From assembly GCA_039096225.1 (NCBI GenBank), contig JBBPEB010000027.1, forward strand, positions 372,001 through 436,000: a DNA stretch of 64,000 bases, read 5' to 3'. This document shows positions 1 to 14,310 of the stretch, piece after piece. Position 1 is the stretch's first letter. Every line of letters begins with the position of its first letter. This DNA is from Blastocystis sp. Blastoise. Its lineage: Eukaryota; Protista; Bigyra: Opalinata. The notes under the pieces were generated by a model. That model was not told the origin of the DNA, did no database searches, and worked only from the letters and a program-made list of their open reading frames with translations. The translations under genes and the position numbers were made by a program.

Positions 1-2359
1 TCTGTAGATAAATAAAAAAATATTATTAATATATAAACAATATATCTATTATATATTAATAAATACCTTTAAAAATTATATTTAAACTATTAATATTTTG
101 GTTATAATTCTCAATATAATTCAACTTTTTGATGTTTTCAAAATATGTAGTATTAACTTTATAATACATAAGTTATATAATATGTAGATAATAATATATT
201 TAAAAATAAAAAATAGTATATACTATAAAGTGTATCAAAGGAAATAAGATTCTTCTCTAATAATTCTTTTAAATGTGGAAAATAATAAATACAGTCATCT
301 ATATAACAAACAGTTAAATATAATAAATTAAATTAGTTTTTTTTAATGCCATAAATTTATAAATATAGAATACATAAATATATATACCAATTTTATCAAT
401 ATGGATTGAATGAGTATAAACAATATTATCTAAAAGAGAAACTATTTTCTGTTGTAAATAGTAATGTATTTTGTGTATACGAATAGTATCAATTAGAGAC
501 ATAATATTTATAGGAAACAAGGACGAAAAATCATCAAGGTCTATTATAAAAATATATTATATAACCATAAATATATAAATATACTTATTTCAATTGCATA
601 ATTGATAATATGTAATTGTGGGAAACATTTTTTCTTTAGTAAAGATAATTGGTAAGATCCTATATATATATATATATATATAATACTTATTTAATTCTTA
701 TATATACCATCATCATCATCATAGATGAGTTCAGTAACATTTGGAAACACATGAGTTGTCATTATTTTGTTAAATAGATTATCATAAACTTTGTTAGATA
801 ATGTTTTAACTATTTTAAATAATAATATTATATATATTAATAACTAGAAATGATTACTGCATTTTACACTTAATGTTGTTAAAGAATCGAAAACACCTTC
901 TTCAAATAATTTCATAATAATTATAGCGTCATTATGTAAGTAGTCGACTAAAACAATTTATTATATTTATTATATATTTATTTATTTACCTATATTAAAA
1001 ATGACTTTTGAAATAGACAAATAGGAACGAAAACATAATAATTGAGATATACCATGTTTAGTATATACTTTATTAATGCTATTATATATATATAGTATAA
1101 ATGGATAATATAAAAAAATAGAATATTTACGAGAATATTTTATCATTTGTTTTATCTATATATAATAATAATAAAATAAATGAATTTATAGTATATATTT
1201 ACCATCATATTCAATACTGACTATATCATATAATGTATATTTATCTTCTGTCGTACTTATTTCAACATTCGAATAATCATTTGTATATATAGCTTCACTT
1301 ACTATATTCTTATATAATTTACGTAATTCATTGTATTGTCTTTTTTCATTATAGGTATTAATAAAATCCTCAGAATAATATAATTCATTAAGATCCATAG
1401 TAGAAATCTTATTATACTCATTCATATCAGACTCAGTGTAATACTCATATTTTTTTTGTTTATTTATTTCATAATCATAATCCTCAAATAAACGAGAATA
1501 CTTTTTTATATATTCATCACTATTTGGATTTAATAACAGTTCACTTTCCTTGTAATTTGTAGTTACTATATACATATATATATTAATTATATATGTATAT
1601 ACCAGTTATCTTTAATTCTTTTAATGAAGGGAATATATCTTTAATACACGATGGACATATATATTCTAATGGAATATCTAACGCATAATCATCTATATAT
1701 ATATTATTATTATTATTTTTTATATTATATATATATACATCTAATTTCAACTTTAGTAACATTCATCATTTTAAAAAGAAGAGAATAATATAATAATTCT
1801 TCTTTTCTTTTTGGTGTTATTAATCCTATATACACATTATTTGTAAACAATAAATTACTAATACCTTTTATATTTAATCTTGTATCTAAACTAAATAACT
1901 TCATAGGCATACATGACTCATAACGTGAATCATACATTTCACTTGCAGTAAAATTATTGTTTTCTAAATATTTATAGAATAATTCTTTAATATGAAACAA
2001 TAAATCACTATTAATTTCATTATGAATGGTTACTGAATATTCATAAAGTGTTTTATATATATCATAACTATCTCGTAGATTTAAAGAAGAAATATCCACG
2101 TTTTCTTCCATTAAAAAGTGAATAACTGTTTTCATTGAAGAAGAAGACATATCTATATAATAACTACCATCCTCATATTTCTCAGAGTGTTCAATGATAT
2201 CATAAAAGGGTAATTGTTGATATTTCTCAATAAATTCTTTAGAAATCCACAATTTTGTCTCATCTTGGAATGTAAATAAATCTAGAAAAGCAAATAAATA
2301 TTTTTTAATAATATTCAAATACGTTTATCTTCAGTTAATTGAAAATCACTTGTTGACAT
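1..2359 (-). CDS. Multi-exon BTB/POZ-like N-terminus + FPxL leucine-rich-repeat-like protein, copy 1 (3' end runs off the window)
   Basis: ATG at 2359 (MSTSDFQLTEDK|HLFTFQDETKLWISKEFIEKY...DGSYYIDM). GT-AG introns join ORFs 1725-2318, 1186-1575 and 314-520 plus small exons (FPSLKEL, FPNVTEL, FPQLHII). Colinear paralog at 22390-25972. Confidence 0.8.
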
Positions 2360-3268
2360 CACTTGAATTAAACTATAATGACAATGTAATCCGATATTAA
2401 TATGTTTTAACATATACTTTATTCTATATACAATAAATAAATACTTTAGAAAATGTTATACTCTATTATAAATAGAATAAATCATAGATAAAAGAGCAAA
2501 CAAAACTTGCAACTTTTTAGAAGAATCTTCATGAAAATGAATAAAAAATGATAAGAGAATTGCTAAAAGACCGCGAATATGTTTTGTAAGATTTATTTTG
2601 TTGTATATGTCTCTTTTAGTAATTTATGAGCATTTAAAATGTTCTTTTAGATCAATTCATGCAGTATAGATTCGTATAAAGAAAAAGAAATACTGGTATC
2701 AATTGATTTTTGATTTTTTCATTTGTTTTTCTTATTATTATATTTTTTCAAACGTTGATTTTATGCTCTAAGAATTTTAAAATAATAGATAGATATGTTA
2801 AAGTGATTCAAATTTTGTTTCTATAATGTGAATGAATTCATTTTAAGATTAACTTATGAATTATTCAATAATTTTAATTAATATGATTTATATATATGCG
2901 TCTCTAGTTTATTTCATAATTAAGAATAGAAATATACCTTAGTTTAACCACATAAAAACGTATTTTGTGAAATATTTGATATAAATTCATAATAAAATAC
3001 TTTTTGAGTATAATAGCAATCTTAATATATAAATATCCATTAAAATGAATCACAGATACAATATTGACTGATATAAATAGATAAAACAATCAAACATGGA
3101 TTTTAAAACTTGTGAATTCATTTGAGGGATTCAGTTTACAACTGAAATTGTTTTAATAATTTTTATCATTTTATTATTGTCGATTTTTCATTCATATTCA
3201 ATATTCAACACCTATTTCTTATTTTAAATACAAATATCAGATATCTCTGTTATTAAAATAATTAAATA

Positions 3269-5570
3269 ATGTTTGAAGAAGAGATGCAAAAAACAAATTG
3301 TCAAGAAAAACAAATATTATTTATATTACAGGATGAATCAACAATCACAATTTCAAATTCTCTTCTACAAAAATATCCTAATTCCATGCTTTCCTTGGTA
3401 TCTATGAATACTAATGATTTCATAGAAGAATAAAAATCGTATTACATTGATCTTCCTAGTTTATCAATACATAAAATGATCCCATTTATGGAGAATGCAA
3501 AAATTCTTGATGTTCTGCCTTTAAAAGACGTAATTTCAATTCATTCAGATATCAATTATTTTTTTTGGTGATGAATCGTATGAAGATAAGATAAAAATAT
3601 ATACATTTCTTTGGGATTCTTTACATAGTTTTGTTGTGAATAATAATTGTGAACAGTATTTTATTTTATAAATATTTATAGAATAAATGAAAGTGATGAA
3701 ATGAAAATAATACGATTTCAACTCATTATTCATGGTATATTTATTTTATTATTATATATATGAATGAATAGATATCCTAACAGAAGAGAGAAATCAATTA
3801 TTCTGTCAATATTCTCCATTATTTGATTTCTTTAATATTACAATTGTTACTTTAAAATGTATATTTATATAATATATATATTATTAATATATAGTTGATT
3901 TCTCTGAAGTTATCTCTTATGAATATATATATCCCTCCAATTTACATGAATTATTTCCAAAACTTCAAGAATATACTATTCATTGTAAGAATTTATTTAT
4001 GAATATATATATATATGTATATTTTCTCTTTATTAATGATTTTATATATGTATATATATAGTTGATTATTATCTTGAATTAGAATATTTTCACCTTCCTT
4101 ATTCTGATCTCCATTATAAAAGATTATATTCAATATATAAACAAAACTATTATAATATGTCCAGTTTAGTAATATGTCACACATATTTACAAAAATTAAC
4201 TGAAAAGAAATTATTAGAATTAGTTAAAAAACAGCTAGTTATATATACAAAAATAGATTTTTGGAAACAATTAAAAATAAAATTAAAAATGTAGATGAAC
4301 ATTTAGTTAGGGGAACTCTTCCTGATGAATATAATAATGATGAATATAAAGATTATAGGCCACCTTTATATGTAGAATGTTATTCAGACTATTCCCGTGA
4401 ATACAATAAACAAAGTAAAAAGAAGTTAAACAATAAAAAATCTTGTTCTATTTCATTTTCCGTTCAAAATATAAAGGTATTTTAGATTTATATATACATA
4501 TAGTTGTGTAAAATGAGTTTTATAAAGAAAATAAGATATACTTAACAATGTAATATATTTACATACATTTCCAAATTATAGGATAATATCTATTTTTTTG
4601 TATATATATTATTTATTATATTATATTATTAATATACTATAATTATATAGATAATAATAAGTTAAAGGATATATTGGATCAATTTATTCGTTATTTTAAT
4701 AATTATAAATTATTAAAACTCAAAGATTTATCAATAGAAATTTTTCGTAAACAAAATAATTACATATTATTGTTTTTATAGATTTTTTCTCTTAAATCTA
4801 GTATTAATGAATATAATTATTATTATATATATAACTTTAGTAGATTCAATACAGCCACTTTTATCATTCATTGAATTTATTCATAATAATCCATCTCTCT
4901 CTTTTCCTAAATTAGATTCTTTTTATATTCATTTCTTATCTGACCCAGATGGTATGTTATAATTTTATTATTTGAATAATATTAGTATATATGCTACAAA
5001 CTCTTTTGTGAATCAAATATTCAATAATAAATATATATATAGATTATATTTATAAACAAGATGATTATAATATATTAAAATCCTTTCCTTCCTTATCCTT
5101 TTCTTTACATATACCTATAACTGAAATATATATGCATTCACAATTAGGAAAATCAAGAGAAACTTCTTTTGAGTATTGTCAATATATATATAATCAATTA
5201 CAGATGGAATATACAAAAACTGTTTCTACATTACATATAAGTATATAAATATATAGTATAGTATATTAGATATTATTTAATATATTTATAATAATATATA
5301 TAATTATGCAAAATAATAATTATTCTGATGAAATAATAAAATTGATTGTTAATGGAAGATTTCCATTTTTAAAAGAACTTCAATTATTATCATGTGGTAT
5401 ATATTATATATTATATGTATAAATATAGGTTTTGCATTATATACTATTTTTTTAAATATATTATATATATTATTATATATTATATATAGAAGAAAATAAA
5501 ATTAATGACATTGAACAATAATAAATAATTATATGAAAACATCAAATCATTGGTTTATTTTTTTTATTAA
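3269..5570 (+). pseudogene. Disrupted divergent member of the BTB-like/FPxL-repeat family
   Basis: ATG 3269 MFEEEMQK...LFILQDESTITIS...KYPNSML. In-frame TAA at 3431-3433 before KSYYIDLPS, a +1 frameshift in the T-run near 3550-3566, and later exons YIYPSNLHELFPKLQEY, FPKLDS and GRFPFLKEL matching the family. The end coordinate is approximate. Confidence 0.7.
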
Positions 5571-6402
5571 AGAAGGCTTTTAATATATATATATAAATAT
5601 TTTAGACAATAGCTATATGTATTATATTTCTATCAAAATTATGTTGTCCATTATAAATAGAATATATATATACACTTATAATGATTATTATATGTTATTT
5701 TTTTAGATATTTAAAGAATAATTATTACTTTTAGTACATGTTAATTGTATTATTTTGTTAAGCCTAAAAATTTTTTGTAAAAAAAGTTTATATTATTTTT
5801 TTAATAATATAATCTCATTTATATATTCTTTAGAAAAACAGACAATATCTTCTAAACATTTTACACACTTGGTGAAAATATTATAAAATGACACTTTAAG
5901 TCTGACTTAATATAGATGAATATAGATATACTATTTTATCACTATCAATAATAAACAACAGTATCACAAATGTTTGTGGTAATTGCTTTAGAGCAAAAAA
6001 AAAAAAGATCTCATGGAAAATACTGTTAACATTTAAAGAGAAATAAAATATATCATTTACATGTTTGTTTTAAAATTACAACTAAAATAATTATTCCTAT
6101 AATTTAGGAAGCTTTATAATATAACAAAGCAAGGAATAAAAATATAAAATATGATTTTTATCCATAGAAAAAAATATAATATATATAAAAATGAATAAAA
6201 ATAAATGTCAATAAAATTAACAACGAAAAAAATATATTAGAAATATAAATGTAATTAATAATATTGAAAATAAAATAGCAAAAAAAAAATTGCATAATAT
6301 AAATAGAAATAATAAATTTTAGAAAAATAATAGTTTTCTTTACATATATAATTTACTTATTATAAAATAATAATAATAAATATAATAATAATATATTTAT
6401 GT

Positions 6403-9400
6403 TTAGATTCCTCGAAGTCTTCTTTCATAGTTGTTTGTTACATTTTCAACGCTTGTATCTATAGTAGCAGATTTAATAGAAATAGATAAATTTCTAATAA
6501 ATTTTCTCATCTGATTATTATCAAGATTCTTTAATAAATAAGCATCATTATTAATATCAGAAGAAATAGTTCGAATATATAATTTAATTAAAGTATCATT
6601 ATTATCATTAATATCTTCATATCTTGTAATATATATTGTTTTTATAATAACATTAGTTGATTTCAGAATAGCTCTATAAATTGATATATAATTTGAAAAA
6701 CTTAATTTTAACGTAGAAATACCTTCAAGTTTAAGATTATAAGATATATAAGAATTATCATGAGAAGGACATTTCATATAATTAATTAATACATTTTTAA
6801 CATCAAAATTAATTTGTCTACATTGATATAAAGGATACGATTTAGTATTTTCATTATCACATGAATAAAAAGAATATTCATATAATTTCAAATTACTTGA
6901 TACATTATCATCAGCAGTACAAATAGTATTACCATATTGTTTAGAATTAATACTAATATGATCGGAAGTAATATTTGATACAATTTCATGTGAATAATGA
7001 TTTATTGTATTTAGTATTTTATTCTTACTATTGTTTATAGAATTTTGAATATTAGAAATATAATTATCTTTACTTGTACCAATAATAATATCTAATTTAT
7101 TCATTTTATCTCCCTAGAAATATATATTATTATGATTTAAATTGATTATAATATAATAATAATATATAAATAAGAATAATATATAAATAATAATAATAAT
7201 AATATATAAATAATAATAATAATAATATATATATATAATAATAATATATAAATAATAATAATATATTATATACAGTAAATATTTGACTTGCATTTGTAGT
7301 TACAATTAAGTTTGATATCATATAAGGTAATGATAAAATAATAGAACGTGCACTTTGATAACATAAATAAAAAGGATCTTCAATTGATGTTGTATTCACT
7401 AAATTAATACTCATTTCAATATTTGCTGAACCATCAATTTGTGTTTCTTTATTAACTATATATATATAATAATATTATTATTATAAATAATATATATATC
7501 ATTATTATAATATAAATTATTATATAAAAATAAATATATAAAAATAAATATATAAAAATAAATATATAAAAATAAATATATAAAAATAAATAAATAAAAA
7601 TAAATAAATAAAAATAAATAAATAAAAATAAATATATAAAAATAAATAAATAAAAATAAATAAATAAATAAAAATAAATATATATATACAGCACATTGAA
7701 TAATCAACAGGACCCCAGAAAGGTTCATAATTACCATTATGAGAACATTGTCTTTTAAGATATCCAACTTTAGTATTACTATCACATTTTGAAATAGTAT
7801 AAAATGTTAATTGTGTAGTATCATATTTTATATCTAAATATGTAGTTTCTTCACAAAATACTGGATGACATTCAGGTGTATAATTGATTTCTTCCCATTT
7901 ACCTCCTAAAGCACAGAATCGACGATTCTCTGAACCATAACCATTAGGACAATTATAATAAGAATATTTATTTGTTTCAACTTCTGGCCAATTTTCATCA
8001 CCAGGACATGTTACTCTTATTATACTTATAGTAATTTTTGTTGTTGCAACTCCACCATTTCTAGCAGTAACTGTATATTCGATAGGACCAGAAACATATG
8101 TAGCACTAACATGAATAGCACCTATATTAGTATAAAGATGAATGTCTTTAGGAAGAGCAGGAGTAATAGAAACTGTTAAACCTGTACTATCAACAAAACA
8201 TGGTATCCATATGTCTTCATTTATTTCAAAGATATATTCACTATTTTTATATGATATTGAAGTCACAGGTTTTAAATTACATGTACTTAAATCACTATTA
8301 TAAACAGTGTTATTACATATACTTGAATATGTACCACTATAATATTGTGGACAATTTCGAGAAACTTCTTTACCATTGAAAATAGGATTTATTAAATCAG
8401 TTGCTATATCACATGCACCTTCAATTCTTTTTGTATATAAACCTATTGAAGATAATTTACTACCAGTACAACTACTATTATCAATTGGTTCATTAGTAAA
8501 ATCATATAAAGTAAAGTCAATTCTATAATAAGAATTCTTTGGAAGAATTTCAAAATACTTTGTTTCAGAATATGATGTAAAATATTGATTACATATAGTA
8601 TGAATAGTTTCAGAATCAGATTCATTTATATATCCAACTAATGTCCAACAAGTTGGAGTTTGATTATTACAATATTTTCCATTTGTTATCGAATAAGATG
8701 TTATATATTCTTTTCTATTATGCATAAATTCATAAGAAAATGTAAAACTAGTTGTAGACTTATCATAAACAAAATGAGTATATTCACTATCATCAAAAGC
8801 CATATTTACTCCATTATAATCATTTACAGGTAGATTCGTAGATGTGACACTACCAAAAACATTTCGTTTTTGATTTTCTGGAATAATAGAACAAATAAAA
8901 CTAAATACATTTTCACTAGAAAATGCTGATTTTTGATGTACTTCAATAGCAAATATATTATTTCCCTCTATTAAACCCATACTAAACTGTGAAGGTATAG
9001 AACCACCTGAAACATAAGTATTCTCATTTGTATAAGTAGACAAAGTTGAAAAACTTATAGTTCCAAGAGGCATATAAATTCTATTAATTTCTTTACCATT
9101 AAGATAAATAACACAGCCACTATTTAAATAGACAGTATATTGAATAGCAGATTGTTTAGAAATATTATTTATTACAAAAATATTTCTATAATATTGTGTA
9201 TTTGTTTTACGATCACCAAATGATTGTCTATTACCAGTAGACCATTCTTGTCCAAGATAATAATCAATTTTTGTCCATTGAATATAATAAATAGTACCTA
9301 ACTGACCATCTGTATATTGCCATGTATTTAAACTAGTAGATGTTAAATAGTGAGTACTAAAAGGTATTATTAAAGGTGACCTATATTTTGTTAAACTTTG

Positions 9401-12400
9401 TTTTAAAAGAGTAGTACCATCTTCAAAATAGACTTTAATATATGTATTATCCCATCCATCATTAGCTGTATCAGTAAGCTGTAAATAATAATCACTTTGT
9501 GGTTTACAATAAGAAAAAGTTAAAATACTATAATCAGGAATATTATTATAACTTTCAAGAATTTCTATACCATCAGATCCTAATAATTTAAATCCAATTT
9601 GATTACCATAATTATCTAAACTATGATTTAGTTCAATAATAAAGATATTATTTGGAGATGAACATTCTGAAATAGAAATATTTAATGAAACAGAAGTAGG
9701 TTTACCTTGTAGAGAATAAGCATTAATAATAATAGATATAGTTCCATTAGTAACTTCAGTAGGAGTACCATATATAATACCAGTTGAACTATCAATATAT
9801 AAACCAGAAGGTAATAGAGAACTAGATTCAATAGAAAAATCTCTATAACCATTTGTAGGTTTTGAGCTAGTTAAATATGCTGATTTATATCCATATAATA
9901 TATCTTCAGAATATAATAATGTATTTATTATATCATTAGAAAGATTAATAGCAAATAAGTCTACTTCATAAAGAACATATATAATAGTTGATCCAATACT
10001 AGAAGATTTAATAAATTCTATTTTATATGAAGGATAAGATTCTTGATGAGTAATAGTATAAAAACAACGATATTCTGATCTAAAATTCCAATGAATATTA
10101 GATTCTATATCAAGAATAGTACAATTCTCATTATTAAAATCACAACCATAGAATATCCATTCAATAGGATCAGTTGTAATAGTTTGAATATTATTTTGAA
10201 AACAATATTTATTAACATAACTAGAACCATAATTATTATAAGCAAAGGTTAACCAATTTGTAGCTTCTGTTACATTTTCATGTGTTGAAGACCAAAATGT
10301 ATCATATTTACCATCAATAAGATAAGAACTACCATGTTTTTCATCAGCATTATCATGATTTGAGGTTATCTGCCATTTCTTTGATACTATATTAGATTCA
10401 ATAACTAATCTACAATAATAATACATATCAATATAAACTGGATTGTTATCCGTATTATATTTTTTAAGAACTAAAATAGCTAATACGTTTGTACCTATCT
10501 TTACTCTTTCAATAGGAATTTCAATATATTTGTTTCCATATGTTGAAGTAGAACAAGTTATATTAGACTCTGACGTAATTGTTTCATATGGTATACATCT
10601 TCTATAAACTTCATCACCATTCCAATAAAGAATAAATTCACCATAATTTCCTAAATATATTTCTAATGAATTATAATTATCAATAGAATTGATATTCATT
10701 GTACTTCTAAATAACCATAATTTTGACGTAGTCTGTGGTAAAGATGACATTGAGAGATTTATATTCCATTCAGAATAATCAGGAATATAATCAATTGAAT
10801 ACCAATTATCAGGAACTATACCATCTATTCTACCAATAGAATTACTAGAACCAAAAGGTAATACAAAATCTAAACTAAGAGGTATAGTTTGAGTTTTAGA
10901 ATGATTTAGAACACCTTCATATATACCAAGAGTACCATGTTTACTAATATAACTAATAGTTATTTTTGAATTAATATCCCATCCATATTCAGTATTAGCA
11001 ATTAATGTTAATTGATAAACATCAGCAGGAATACATATTTTAGTTAATGCAGATTTAAAATATCCTTCTCCATGTCCACTATAAACTAATTGAGAATTAC
11101 TATTTTTAATATTCCATTTTTCAGATTCACTTTCATAAGTATTCGAATAATGATCAATAGAAAGATATATTTCATCTTCACCATAACATTCTGTTACAGT
11201 AAATGTAATAGATGTACTTTCAGTAATGCCAGTTGACATTCTTGTAGCAGATATAATAATTGTTATTGGTGAAAAAGTTAATCTATTACTACCTTTAATA
11301 ATACCATTCTTATTATTTAAACTAAAACCAGTAGGTAATGTAGAATCACAAATAAAATTTGTATATCCAGTTATTATAGGAACCATCTCTACTGTATCTT
11401 TTTGATATAAAAATATGTATTTTTGTTTTTCATATTTAAGTTCATTAATCATATCTTTTGAAACAGCATAAAATTCTAATTGAGTTAATAAAACACCAAT
11501 TTTATCTGGATGAATAAAATCTTCTATAATAGTAATAATAATAGCTTATTAGTAATAAAAAAAAATAATATATATATATATAAATAAAAATAATATATGA
11601 ATATATAAAAATAGAAATAATAATAAATATTTAAAATAAAAATATACTAATTGTTAATTTATATTGATTATATGACTTGACATTATTTAATATATCAAAA
11701 TATAGTGTTTCTTCATAAGCAGTCCCATAAACAATATCGTCTTCTATATCTAATATATCCCAACTAATATTATCGTTAGAACCCGATAGAATCATATTTT
11801 TTATTCCATAATTAGATGGAAAATTAAGACTAATCGAATATTTATTTATCCATTCAGCTCTATAGATAATAGTCATTATAAAAATTATATATATAACTAA
11901 TAATAATATAAAACTAATAATAATATATAACTAATAATTATATATATAACTAATAATAGTTATAGATATAAAACTATATATACCTTCCATTATTATATGT
12001 ATATGTAATTGAATTATTTCCTGTAAATGGATAAAATTGAGCATCAGTTTGTGGATCTTCATCAAAAGCATACTCTGGTTTATTAATATCAACATCTACA
12101 AATTCTGGATCAGCTGTTGGAATACCATCTTGAGTACATGTTATATTATCACCTATATATATATATATATTGTTTATATATGTTTATAAATAAATATATA
12201 TATATATATATATATTAATTAATTAATATTAACTGAATTAATATATATATTAAAAAAAAAATTTTTATTTAAACAATAAATAAAAAATAAATTCTAAAAA
12301 AATAATTAATAAGATCTATAAATACTTGCATAAAATGGAACAATATATCCAGAAAAAGTATCTTTATGTGAAACACCATTTTTAATTGGATGGATTTCAA

Positions 12401-13701
12401 CAGCAAAAATCAATTTTTCAGTATTTTTTAAATATTCACGAATTGACTGTTTTACTCTATATACATAATATATAATATAATATAAAAAAATAAAACTACA
12501 CAATATATATATATGTACATAAACATTATATGTATATATAAGCAAATATATACATCAAATATATTATATAAAACATAACATAAAAAAATCCAAAATATAT
12601 AAAAATCAAATATATATATACACTCTATATGATTCTTCATAATTATCAGCAATAGCACCATCGCTTGGACTTACATTTTCAGAGCTATAATCATATATAT
12701 TTACTAATAATAGACTCAAATATAATATATAATTATTAAAGAAAAAATTATTAATATATAAATATTAATTATAACAATATATATTATTTTAATTAATATT
12801 TATAGATAACTGTCAAAATAATTAAATATCATATTAAAATAAAACATAAATATATATACTATTTTATATTAAATCTATAGATTTCTCTTCCATTAATATA
12901 TACAATTACACCTTCATTTGTATAAATACCAGATTCAAACAAGAAAAAATCATCAGAAAAATGAGGATTATCAAAACTAGTTATATAATATCTAGTTGTT
13001 TCAGCAAGAGTATTTGGGAAATTTCCAGGTTTATAATTAGCCCAAGTATTATCATTAATAGCAGTAGTCGTCCAATCAGTTGTAAGTTGAGGAACAACAG
13101 AATATTTCCAAGATTTATCATATAACAAATTACCCACTATATATAACGATGATTAATGATCAATTATTAAAAATAGAATATAAAGAAAATGAAAATCTAA
13201 ATTTAACTTACAATCTAGTATCCAATCTGTTGTATATAAATCAAAATTATAGCCAACTAACTTCTCAACACCATTTACATATACCACGAACAAAGATTTA
13301 TACCAGTGCTCTTCATATCTAAAAGAAAAAAGACAATGAGACCATGTTCAATAAAATATGTAATATTAAGTTTAATAAAATAAATATACGCTTGAAAAGT
13401 TGTAAACGTATAGACACTAGGAGTAAAGCAATAAGAATAAGTAAAATTTCGATTATTCCAACTATTTCCATCAATTGTCTCTATTAAATCACCTTTAATA
13501 CCATAAGTACCTTTATAAATAAATAGCTTTTCTTTCTCTGCCTCATCTCCATGCATACGTTCAAGACGAACATAATAATTAGGCGCTAAACAATCAGCTT
13601 CTACAGCATCTTGACTTAAACCTAAAGAATGTATAAAGCAGATTCATGTAATATATACATGGTACAAGAAGTAGCAATAGCAAAAGACAAATAGCTTTCA
13701 T
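6403..13701 (-). CDS. Giant secreted multidomain protein, family A copy 1 (Ig-like/He_PIG, galactose-binding-like, discoidin-like, HRM-like modules; ends RRLRGI*)
   Basis: ATG 13701 MKAICLLLLLLLVPC|LSQ (signal peptide). About 8 small exons between 13701 and 11530, one ~3.8-kb exon (ORF 7520-11452), then exons ~7274-7455 and 6403-7113. Motifs LPSGLYIDSSTGIIYGTPT, YLNGKEINR and CPGDENWP...CP...RRFC..GGKW. Confidence 0.85.
7523..7682. repeat. Intronic ~14-bp AT minisatellite (TATAAAAATAAATA)n grading into (ATAA)n
   Basis: Directly visible tandem repeat inside the intron after the MCC exon; it produces spurious YIFI ORFs. Confidence 0.9.
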
Positions 13702-14189
13702 CGTAAATTATTCTATAAAATAAATAAATAAATAATTTATGTATATCTTTTCTCTATTATCTTCTTCCAAAAATTGTTTAGTTCAAATATCAATAATCTT
13801 GATTTTTATTGAATAATCTTTGATGATGATAGGGACCCTTAATATTGTCCCTAAAGGTCAAAGTATATGTAAAGACGTCCTTTGATAGTACTTTTCTTTT
13901 TCTCATTTTCTCTTTCAATATCACATTTATTGACATAAAAACTTATTTTATTATTTTTATATACTTTAAAACATTATGATTGATAAAAATTATGAAAGTC
14001 TTAAATAGAAAAAATATCTTTTTTGAGTTGTTTTTAATAATATTTCAGGTGTTTTTTTCTAACAATTTTTCTATTATAAAATACATATAGAAATCCAATT
14101 CTATACTGTTAGTTTCCCCTGTATCTCGATTTAATAGGGTCAGACTTCATAAACCTTTATATAATTCGCTATAACATTCTTAGAAGTCA

Positions 14190-14310
14190 TGGCACACATA
14201 ATTAACCAATAATATCGGAGATATAATAGAAAAAGAGAAGTGAAATCTCTTTTCTATTTTGTTAAAGATATATATTTCTATTGGCTCATTTACAGTTTGA
14301 TGACTATGTC
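14190..14310 (-). promoter_or_regulatory. Conserved upstream element with oppositely oriented CCAAT boxes (family A copy 1)
   Basis: CACACATAATTAACCAATAA (CCAAT 14206) ... CTATTGGCTCATTT (ATTGG 14280). Resembles 60365-60475 upstream of the paralog. Confidence 0.45.

Noticed and set aside
7452-7785. Low-complexity Y/I/F/L ORFs (also 58758-59131, 59347-59994, 47483-47761, 28920-29102)
   Set aside because: They are translations of intronic AT satellites. Only the parts overlapping real exons are coding, and their hydrophobic tails are not TM anchors.
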